From the NCBI GenBank assembly GCA_028710695.1, contig JAQTTP010000007.1:15357-47356 (forward strand): a stretch of 32,000 nt of DNA, given 5' to 3'. Under the pieces are notes generated by a model that saw only the letters and a program-made list of their open reading frames with translations, searched no databases and was not told the DNA's origin. Positions 8,923-15,280 of the stretch are shown here, piece after piece (positions within the stretch are counted from its first letter, which is position 1; each line of letters opens with the position of its first letter). The DNA comes from Candidatus Iainarchaeum sp. GTDB lineage: Archaea; Iainarchaeota; Iainarchaeia; Iainarchaeales; 0-14-0-20-30-16. Both the position numbers and the translations under genes were made by a program.

Positions 8923-10269
8923 ATGCTTGATATTAACTTATTTAGAGACGATAAAGAGTTCAAAAAGATCTTAGAAAGCGAGAAACGAAGGGCAAAACCC
9001 TTAGATTTCGCAAAGGATACAAAGAAGTTCGATGATCTTTGGAAAAAAGCAAAGCAAGAGAAAGAAGAACTGAGAGCAGAAAAGAACAAGGTTACCAAAG
9101 AGATAGCAACCGTAGCTCAAGACAAAAACACAAAAAACGAGCATAAAACAAAGGAGATTACAAGATTAAAAGCTAAAAGCAAAGACTTAGATATTAAAAT
9201 TAAAAATCTAGAAGAGCAAGAAACTAAAGCCCTACAAACAAGAGATGAAAACCGTTACAAAGTAGGAAACATCCTTTACCCTTCTGTCCCAAATGGAAAA
9301 AGCGATGAAGAGAATGTTCCATTCAAATTCTATGGAAAAGCAAAAGTCCAGAAGCAGCATTTAGCAGATTTCAAAAAAGCAACTAATAACAAAATGGATT
9401 ATGAATTATTGGACTTTGAGCCAAAAAGCCATGCAGATCTAGGTCCCGAAAGAGGACTATTCGATTTAGAAAGAGCTGCAAAAATCTCTGGTGCACGAGC
9501 TTATTACCTAAAAGGCAAACTAGCAATCTTACATCTATCTCTTTTGAGGTTTGCATTAGACAAGCTTGTTGATGCGGGCTACATGCCACTATATACTCCA
9601 TTTTTAATAAACAAAGATGTTATGGAAAAAGCAGCAGAGCTAGCAGACTTCAAAGAAACCCTATACCAAACAACAGAAGGCCAATTCCTAATTGCAACAG
9701 CAGAGCAGACTTTGGCAGCATATCACCTGGACGAAGTTCTAGATGAAAAAATTCTACCCCTAAAGTATGCTGGATACTCTTCCGCATTCCGAAGAGAGGC
9801 AGGAAGTGCTGGGAAAGATACAAGAGGGATCTTCAGAGTTCACCAATTTGATAAAGTTGAGCAATACGTTTTTTGTAAAGCAAAAGACAATGAGAAAATC
9901 CATGAGGAACTTCTAAAGAATGCAGAAAGCATTTACAAAGATCTAGAGCTTCCATACAGAGTTGTTAATATTTGCACAGGGGATATGAACGACACGGCAG
10001 CAAAGAAGTATGATATTGAACTGTGGATGCCAGTGCAAGGAAAGTTCAGAGAGATTGGTTCTTATTCCATAACAACAGATTATCAGACAAGAAAGTTGAA
10101 TGTAAGATATGAAGAAAAAGGAGAAAGAATAGTTTGCCATTCTTTGAACGGCACAGCATTACCATCTCCAAGAAGCTTAGCAGCTTTCATCGAGAATCAT
10201 CAAGACAAGAAAGGAATAATACATATACCAAAAGCATTACAGAAATATACGGGGTTTAAAGAGATCTAG
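8923..10269 (+). CDS. serS: Seryl-tRNA synthetase
   Basis: The product starts MLDINLFR, has an N-terminal coiled-coil arm, and carries class II motifs FRREAGSAGKDTRGIFRVHQFDKVEQ and GTALPSPR. The ATG at 8923 is preferred over the upstream TTG at 8911. Confidence 0.95.
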   Translation: MLDINLFRDDKEFKKILESEKRRAKPLDFAKDTKKFDDLWKKAKQEKEELRAEKNKVTKEIATVAQDKNTKNEHKTKEITRLKAKSKDLDIKIKNLEEQETKALQTRDENRYKVGNILYPSVPNGKSDEENVPFKFYGKAKVQKQHLADFKKATNNKMDYELLDFEPKSHADLGPERGLFDLERAAKISGARAYYLKGKLAILHLSLLRFALDKLVDAGYMPLYTPFLINKDVMEKAAELADFKETLYQTTEGQFLIATAEQTLAAYHLDEVLDEKILPLKYAGYSSAFRREAGSAGKDTRGIFRVHQFDKVEQYVFCKAKDNEKIHEELLKNAESIYKDLELPYRVVNICTGDMNDTAAKKYDIELWMPVQGKFREIGSYSITTDYQTRKLNVRYEEKGERIVCHSLNGTALPSPRSLAAFIENHQDKKGIIHIPKALQKYTGFKEI

Positions 10270-10331
10270 CCTTTTACGAAAAGGCACAGTCTGCCAAAAG
10301 TACCTAAGGTACTAAGGGGCACAAGGCCCCT
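10269..10331. terminator. Cluster of hairpins between convergent serS and the TrmB-family gene (probable bidirectional terminators)
   Basis: Three hairpins are present. They are gcctttt-acg-aaaaggc (10269-10285), agtacc-taa-ggtact (10299-10313) and aggggc-acaag-gcccct (10315-10331). T-runs follow on both strands. Confidence 0.5.
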
Positions 10332-10356
10332 CGAAATCTCGGTTTCTAGCCTTTTT

Positions 10357-11106
10357 TTATTCTTTTTCCAAAGGCAGGGTTAAATTACTGTCCCAGATTG
10401 CCCTAAAATAATTTTTATAACTCTCTGCTAAATTCTTGTCAATTATTCTAACTGCAAAAGGAAACTCTTTATACCAAAATACCAATACAACTCTATCCCC
10501 ATAAATCCAGGTGGATGCCGGAGATTCATAACTTTCTGGCATGTACTTAACTTGTGTATATTGCATTGCTGCAAATTCTTTTCCTCTTTTCATACTTTGT
10601 GGAGTGTTTATCATTATTATCTTCAGGGGGATTTTTGCTTGTTGCCGTTCTTTTTCAAATGAATGGGCTCTTGCACCACTTATTTCGGGGCCTTTTCCAG
10701 GAACATTATAACCAAACCATTCTTGCTTCTGCCTAACAACATCATTATAAATAGTTTTTAATCCTTCCAAACCCTCCAAAATCTCCACAATTGGCTTGTT
10801 AAATCTTGGTTTATAGAGATTAATCAGTTCTGGCAAAATCTCCTCAAAAGCTTTTTCTTTTTCTTTTAAGTGGTCCAATATTTTATTTGGCTCTGCGGCA
10901 CGATAATATCTTACATTATTTTTTATGATATAGGTAACAATTCCTTTTTCTTCCAAAGTTTCCAAAATAGAATATAGTAAACTTCTGTTTATTTTTGTCC
11001 TATTTGCTATTTCGGAAACTAATGCATCCCCCAAGTTAAGTAAGGCGGTGTAAACCTTTGCTTCTTTAGGGGTTAAGCCTATTTTTTCCAATTGTTCAAG
11101 ATCCAT
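10357..11106 (-). CDS. TrmB-family transcriptional regulator
   Basis: The N-terminal winged HTH reads GLTPKEAKVYTALLNLGDALVSEIANRTKINRSLLYSILETLEEKGIV, typical of TrmB. A C-terminal effector-like domain follows. Confidence 0.8.
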   Translation of the reverse strand: MDLEQLEKIGLTPKEAKVYTALLNLGDALVSEIANRTKINRSLLYSILETLEEKGIVTYIIKNNVRYYRAAEPNKILDHLKEKEKAFEEILPELINLYKPRFNKPIVEILEGLEGLKTIYNDVVRQKQEWFGYNVPGKGPEISGARAHSFEKERQQAKIPLKIIMINTPQSMKRGKEFAAMQYTQVKYMPESYESPASTWIYGDRVVLVFWYKEFPFAVRIIDKNLAESYKNYFRAIWDSNLTLPLEKE

Positions 11107-11138
11107 ACCTATTACTAACTAAGAAATTATTTTAAAGA

Positions 11139-11159
11139 TGTTGTTATAAAAAAACAACA
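11139..11159. promoter_or_regulatory. Inverted repeat tgttgtt-N7-aacaaca in the divergent TrmB/SBP promoter region (candidate operator)
   Basis: The arms are a perfect 7-bp repeat (11139-11145 / 11153-11159). They flank an AT-rich spacer ataaaaa that itself looks like a TATA element. Confidence 0.35.
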
Positions 11160-11213
11160 AGGGATTTTATTCTCCAAAAGCCAAAGAGATAATATAACCC
11201 ACGAGGTGGTTTA

Positions 11214-12353
11214 ATGGATATATGGAAAATAATAACTATTTTCATTGTTATAATTGCTATTTTTGCAGTAGTTTTAGATGTAAGTAATGTTGGATTTTTT
11301 TCATTAAATAATAGCCCAGAGACAATAAAAGTGGGCGTAATTCTACCATTAACAGGAAGCAACTCTGCAGATGCAGGAATACCTATAAAAAAGGGATTAG
11401 ATTTGGCTCTTGAGGAATTAGATAAAGGCAATACAGACTATAAAATAGAATTGGTCTACGAAGATTCACAATATGACAGCAAGGTTGCTGTACAAGCAAT
11501 ACAAAAACTTCTTAATATAGATAAAATAAAATTTATTATCGGGGAAGCGGGCTCAAGCCAAACATTAGCAATCGCTCCAATTGCTGAGCAAAATAAAATT
11601 ATTCTAATTTCAACAGCATCACAATCAGACAAAGTTTCAACAGCAGGAGATTATATTTTTAGAACACAATCAAATGTATCTCAAGAAGCAGAGTTCTTTG
11701 CGCCTTATTTGAAAGAACAATTAGGTAACAAAAGCCTTGCAATAATTGGGATGAACACAGATTATGGAAAATCATATTCTGATGCTTTTACTAGAGTATT
11801 CACAAACTTAGGCGGAAATATCAAATTCTCAGAACTTTACGACAAAGACGAAAAAGATTTTAAAACAATTTTATCAAAAATAGATGCCGCCAGCGCAGAT
11901 GCAATATTAATTGCTGGCTTAAGAGAACCAAACGGAATGATACTAAAGCAAGCCAAGGAATTGAATTTAATAAAACCATTTTATGCAACATCAGCAACAC
12001 AAGGAAAAGAGTTTTTACAAATTGCTGGAGACTCTGCAGAAGGATTAATTTATGCGTATCCTTTTGATGAAACTAGCAATATTATTTCTATGAAATCATA
12101 TCAAGAAAAATTCTCAGAAAAATATGGCGAAAGCAGCGATATGCTTTCTGCAAATGCATATGATGCATTAATACTATTAAACACCTGCTTTAAAGAAGTC
12201 GGAACAGACCCAGACAATGTAAAGACTTGTTTATACAATACAAAAGATTACAAAGGCGCAAGCGGAATATTAACATTCGATGCAAACGGAGATGTAAAGA
12301 AAAACTTTGTCCTAAAAACAGTTAAAAATGGAAAGTTTGTAAAGCTTTCCTAA
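11214..12353 (+). CDS. Type-I periplasmic-binding-fold substrate-binding protein (LivJ/LivK, Peripla_BP_6-like), membrane anchored
   Basis: An N-terminal TM is followed by IKVGVILPLTGSNSADAGIPIKKGLDLALEEL...IIGEAGSSQTLAIAPIAEQNKIILIS, typical of branched-chain amino acid/amide binding proteins. GAGGTG sits upstream of the ATG. Confidence 0.75.
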   Translation: MDIWKIITIFIVIIAIFAVVLDVSNVGFFSLNNSPETIKVGVILPLTGSNSADAGIPIKKGLDLALEELDKGNTDYKIELVYEDSQYDSKVAVQAIQKLLNIDKIKFIIGEAGSSQTLAIAPIAEQNKIILISTASQSDKVSTAGDYIFRTQSNVSQEAEFFAPYLKEQLGNKSLAIIGMNTDYGKSYSDAFTRVFTNLGGNIKFSELYDKDEKDFKTILSKIDAASADAILIAGLREPNGMILKQAKELNLIKPFYATSATQGKEFLQIAGDSAEGLIYAYPFDETSNIISMKSYQEKFSEKYGESSDMLSANAYDALILLNTCFKEVGTDPDNVKTCLYNTKDYKGASGILTFDANGDVKKNFVLKTVKNGKFVKLS

Positions 12354-12730
12354 TTTTTTAATTTAAAAAACATCTTAACAACCGGTGCAATCTCAAACTT
12401 ATCTAAATCTTTCAAATCTATCCAATTAAAATCCGTATGTTCGTGGCTTAATTTAACTTTTCCAGAATAATTTTTTATTTTGAAAACAAAGAAGTGAATC
12501 TTTTCTCCTTTTTCAGTATAATCAAATTCAGAAAACTTATCTTCCGGAACTACAGCAAGATTTGTCTCTTCTTTTGCCTCTCTCACCACAGATTGATCTG
12601 ATGTTTCCCCTAATTCCTGTTTACCACCCGGAAAATCCCAAAGCCCTGGAAAGAATTTTGCTTTTGCAGATCTCTTTACAAGAAGCACTTTATTACTATC
12701 AGATATTACTGCTTTGGCTACTGTAATCAT
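12350..12730 (-). CDS. NUDIX hydrolase (MutT-like)
   Basis: The Nudix box GGKQELGETSDQSVVREAKEETNL matches the GX5EX7REUXEEXGU pattern. Confidence 0.85.
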   Translation of the reverse strand: MITVAKAVISDSNKVLLVKRSAKAKFFPGLWDFPGGKQELGETSDQSVVREAKEETNLAVVPEDKFSEFDYTEKGEKIHFFVFKIKNYSGKVKLSHEHTDFNWIDLKDLDKFEIAPVVKMFFKLKN

Positions 12731-12805
12731 AAGATAACTAATAAAAGGAATTATATAAAAAGTTTTGGAAAATAAAAAAAGTAAAAAAAGATAAAAAGTT
12801 AAGAA

Positions 12806-12937
12806 CTAGTTAAGTTCTCCTCTTCTTCTTGCTCTTTCTCTCTTATTTCTCTTCATTCTTTTCTTGTGCCATTTCCATCTACCATCGGCAGCCTTGGTTT
12901 TCTTAAATCTACTCGAATCTTTTCCTCTATGTCCCAT
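12806..12937 (-). CDS. rpl41e: Ribosomal protein eL41 (43 aa), not in the supplied ORF track
   Basis: My own translation gives MGHRGKDSSRFKKTKAADGRWKWHKKRMKRNKRERARRRGELN*. The RWKW-KKR-(K/R)R-KRER core matches my recollection of archaeal L41e. AGGTGA lies 5 nt upstream of the ATG. Confidence 0.65.
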   Translation of the reverse strand: MGHRGKDSSRFKKTKAADGRWKWHKKRMKRNKRERARRRGELN

Positions 12938-13086
12938 TTATTCACCTTTCACTTCCCAACTTCCTGAACATAACTCCTCAGGAATGGTACTTCCTACTTC
13001 AGCAGGGTTCTCCTAAAATCAGTAGTAATTAATATAATTATTACATACAGTATATTTTTAATAGTTTACCTTAAAATAGGGATAAA

Positions 13087-13695
13087 ATGGCTTTGACACT
13101 ACGTAGATTTAACCTACATCTAAGAAATATATTGATTTTTGTATATTTACTTTTATTATACCTCCGTATAGATCGGGGTTATTATGAAATAGGGATTTGT
13201 TTTGCTGGGATCATCCTTTTATTCCTCCCAAATATATTAAAACGGTTTAAAGTCTATATGAGTGATAGTGTTATCTTATTATTCTTTACATTTCTCTTTT
13301 TGGGGGTTATTGGGGAAACTATTTCTGTACAGTTCTTTTGGTATGACAAAATTTTACATTTGGGAAGCGGGTTTACGTATTTTACTGCGGGAATGGTTTT
13401 ATTAATTATTAGATATGGAGAATCAAAAGTAAACTATAATTATGATAGTGCCACATTGTACAGTTATTTATTTTGTATGTTCATTTTACTTGCTTGGGAA
13501 GTATTTGAGGCTATTTGTGACTTTACATTTAGCACAAACCTGCTTCAGGGCGGTTTAAATGATACATTTTGGGATATATTCTGCGATTTTTTGGGTGCTA
13601 CCTTTTCCGCAATACTTTTCTTCTGGCACTTTAGAAAAAAACAAATAAAGTTACTCTCATTTTTATCAGAAGATCTATTCAGAAAAAGGCTTTAA
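13087..13695 (+). CDS. Polytopic membrane protein, possibly YjdF/DUF2238-like
   Basis: The product has about 5 TM segments. The motifs YDKILHLGSGF and AWEVFEAICDF...GGLNDTFWDIFCDFLGA resemble DUF2238 as I recall it, so the family call is tentative. Confidence 0.5.
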   Translation: MALTLRRFNLHLRNILIFVYLLLLYLRIDRGYYEIGICFAGIILLFLPNILKRFKVYMSDSVILLFFTFLFLGVIGETISVQFFWYDKILHLGSGFTYFTAGMVLLIIRYGESKVNYNYDSATLYSYLFCMFILLAWEVFEAICDFTFSTNLLQGGLNDTFWDIFCDFLGATFSAILFFWHFRKKQIKLLSFLSEDLFRKRL

Positions 13696-13707
13696 AGACG
13701 TGGCAAA

Positions 13708-14247
13708 ATGGATTATTTTTATATAGAGTTAATTAGCAGAATCTTGTTTTGTATTTTTTCGCTTTTGGCATTAAGCCTTTTGATCAAGATATTATTGCGA
13801 AAAGAAGATATTAGCAAACAGGTACAAGACAAACTAATTCCTTACAGAACAATTTTCGAAGTAATTTATTTTGCACTGCAGGCATGGTATATAATCTCGC
13901 CCATCACTCGATTACAAGCACTATTGATTCCAACAATACCTGGCTGGCTAGTAGTAGTTGGCTTATGTTTTGCTTTTGTAGGTATTGCCTTGCGGGTTTG
14001 GGCACAGTTCAGTTTAGGAAATATGTGGTCTGAAAAAATCAGACTTCTTAAAAACCACAAACTAATCAAAACTGGGCCATATCATTATCTAAATCACCCA
14101 ATGTACTTATCATACATTTTCATAACCATTGGTTCATTTTTAGTAACTTCCGATTGGTTATTACTTGTGGCAGGATCAATCTATACCATATTATCAGTTC
14201 AGAAAATACCTAAAGAAGATTTACTATTAAAAACTCTAAAAAAATAA
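13708..14247 (+). CDS. Isoprenylcysteine carboxyl methyltransferase (ICMT/PEMT) family membrane methyltransferase
   Basis: The multi-TM product carries the C-terminal signature LIKTGPYHYLNHPMYLSYIF, matching the L-x-T-x-G-x-Y-x(3)-RHP-x-Y pattern. Confidence 0.8.
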   Translation: MDYFYIELISRILFCIFSLLALSLLIKILLRKEDISKQVQDKLIPYRTIFEVIYFALQAWYIISPITRLQALLIPTIPGWLVVVGLCFAFVGIALRVWAQFSLGNMWSEKIRLLKNHKLIKTGPYHYLNHPMYLSYIFITIGSFLVTSDWLLLVAGSIYTILSVQKIPKEDLLLKTLKK

Positions 14248-14274
14248 GGGCCTCTACGGCCCAGTTTTTCTTTT
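14248..14274 (+). terminator. Hairpin plus T-run immediately after the ICMT-family gene
   Basis: gggcc-tctac-ggccc lies at 14248-14262 and is followed by agtttttctttt. Confidence 0.6.
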
Positions 14275-14318
14275 GGCAAGATTACTTGTTTTCTTTCTTT
14301 TTGGCAAACTTAGGCTTA

Positions 14319-14343
14319 TTCTTTCTTTTTTGAAAAGAAAGAA
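14319..14343 (-). terminator. 11-bp A/T hairpin and T-rich tract just 3' of tRNA-Glu
   Basis: ttctttctttt-ttg-aaaagaaagaa lies at 14319-14343. It begins 13 nt beyond the tRNA 3' end on the minus strand. Confidence 0.4.
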
Positions 14344-14355
14344 AAAGGATAGTAG

Positions 14356-14427
14356 TGCCCCGACCGGGAATCGAACCCGGGTCGTCGGCTTGAAAGGCCA
14401 ACGTGATAACCACTACACTACCGGGGC
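14356..14427 (-). tRNA. tRNA-Glu (anticodon UUC), 72 nt, no intron, CCA not encoded
   Basis: The minus-strand sequence is GCCCCGGTAGTGTAGTGGTTATCACGTTGGCCTTTCAAGCCGACGACCCGGGTTCGATTCCCGGTCGGGGCA. It has a 7-bp acceptor stem, anticodon stem TTGGC/GCCGA with loop CTTTCAA, and T arm CCGGG-TTCGATT-CCCGG. Confidence 0.9.
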
Positions 14428-14488
14428 GGGAACAAACTTTCCCCAAAAAGCTAATTTGCCTTATTGCAAATTACTTTAGGGGGCCAAG

Positions 14489-14607
14489 AAAATTTCCTTG
14501 TATGGAAATTTGTCTTTTCCCGTTAGAGTTGCACTACACAAGGTAGTGCGGTGCTAACGCACACAACGAGAAAAATTTTGTTTTTCTGTTTTACGTAAAA
14601 AAACAGA
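14489..14607. ncRNA. Candidate structured RNA element or compound terminator (unclassified)
   Basis: Three hairpins occur in a locally GC-rich patch. The first is aaatttcc-ttgtat-ggaaattt (14490-14511). The second is an extended hairpin, cgttag/ctaacg (14521-14526/14554-14559) enclosing gcactac-acaag-gtagtgc (14531-14549). The third is tctgtttt-acgtaaa-aaaacaga (14585-14607). No coding potential is evident. Confidence 0.3.
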
Positions 14608-14653
14608 TTATGATTTTATTACTTGCAATATCTTTTAAAAGGTTATAGTTGAT

Positions 14654-15226
14654 TTAACCCACTTTTTTCTTTATAAACTTCACAAGAGCACCATCTGCCA
14701 CAAGCTTCTTATTGCCTTTCATAACACAAATGTTCTCTTTACTTACTGCAGGAAGATCTCCGCCCCAGACACCCTTAAAGCCTTTAGATTTCAAAGATTT
14801 TGTGTAATTGTCTAAAATGTAAAAGAACTCACGCGGGTCTTTCGCTTCCTGCTTTTTGTCTATTTTACAAAAAGGGAACTCTTCCCCATAGAACTTATAA
14901 TTAGGAAATAACCTGCAAATCAGAGGCCTTACATCATAAATTTTACATTCTGAGTTCTCCAAAAAGACGCATTTAGAATCTGATTTCAAAGAAAAAGCCA
15001 TAAAGCAGGATTTGCCATACTTTTCTGCTATTTTCTTATCATCAACAGGAGACAGTTTAGCATTATTTTCAAGATCATAGAGCTCAATATAATAATTGGC
15101 ATATTTATTCAAAAAATCCTTAACACTAATCCTTAAAAAAAAGGCAATTTCTTTTGCATTTTCGGGAAAAGTAAAAATTGTGTATTTCCTACAGCACAAA
15201 TCACAGCCAGAACAAGGATTCTTCAT
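14654..15226 (-). CDS. YkgJ-family (CxxCxxCC) putative Fe-S/zinc-binding protein
   Basis: CSGCDLCCRK occurs near the N-terminus, followed by CVFLENSECKIYDVRPLICRLFP, the typical UPF0153/YkgJ pattern. The ATG at 15226 is preferred over the TTG at 15244. Confidence 0.75.
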   Translation of the reverse strand: MKNPCSGCDLCCRKYTIFTFPENAKEIAFFLRISVKDFLNKYANYYIELYDLENNAKLSPVDDKKIAEKYGKSCFMAFSLKSDSKCVFLENSECKIYDVRPLICRLFPNYKFYGEEFPFCKIDKKQEAKDPREFFYILDNYTKSLKSKGFKGVWGGDLPAVSKENICVMKGNKKLVADGALVKFIKKKVG

Positions 15227-15246
15227 AAATACTATTTCTGCCAAAG

Positions 15247-15258
15247 TATATTTAAAAA
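15247..15258. promoter_or_regulatory. Central TATA-like element shared by the divergent YkgJ-family gene and gltX
   Basis: tatatttaaaaa is centred about 26 nt from the minus-strand ATG (15226) and about 29 nt from the gltX ATG (15281). No Shine-Dalgarno sequence is visible for either gene. Confidence 0.4.
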
Positions 15259-15280
15259 CTGATACATCACTCTTTTTAAT

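Noticed and set aside
8901-9098. 65 aa minus-strand ORF across the alaS/serS promoter and serS 5' end, plus similar antisense ORFs in serS (9383-9601, 9943-10140)
   Set aside because: They are antisense to serS. The products are Ser/Phe/Leu-rich and low-complexity, with no start context.
14356-14427. Possibility of a split or intron-containing tRNA, as in Nanoarchaeum-type genomes
   Set aside because: The tRNA-Glu folds as a contiguous 72-nt cloverleaf. It has a normal 7-nt anticodon loop and no bulge-helix-bulge insertion.
14273-14479. 68 aa + strand ORF
   Set aside because: It overlaps the antisense strand of tRNA-Glu and its flanking hairpins. The start is non-canonical, and the region is better explained by the tRNA gene.
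14521-14565. Extended hairpin followed by ACA, considered as an archaeal H/ACA guide RNA; C/D-box sRNA was also considered
   Set aside because: The internal loop is only 4x4 nt and can close with G-U pairs, leaving no pseudouridylation pocket. There is no K-turn/K-loop GA motif, and no RUGAUGA/CUGA boxes occur in the region. It is kept only as an unclassified structured element.
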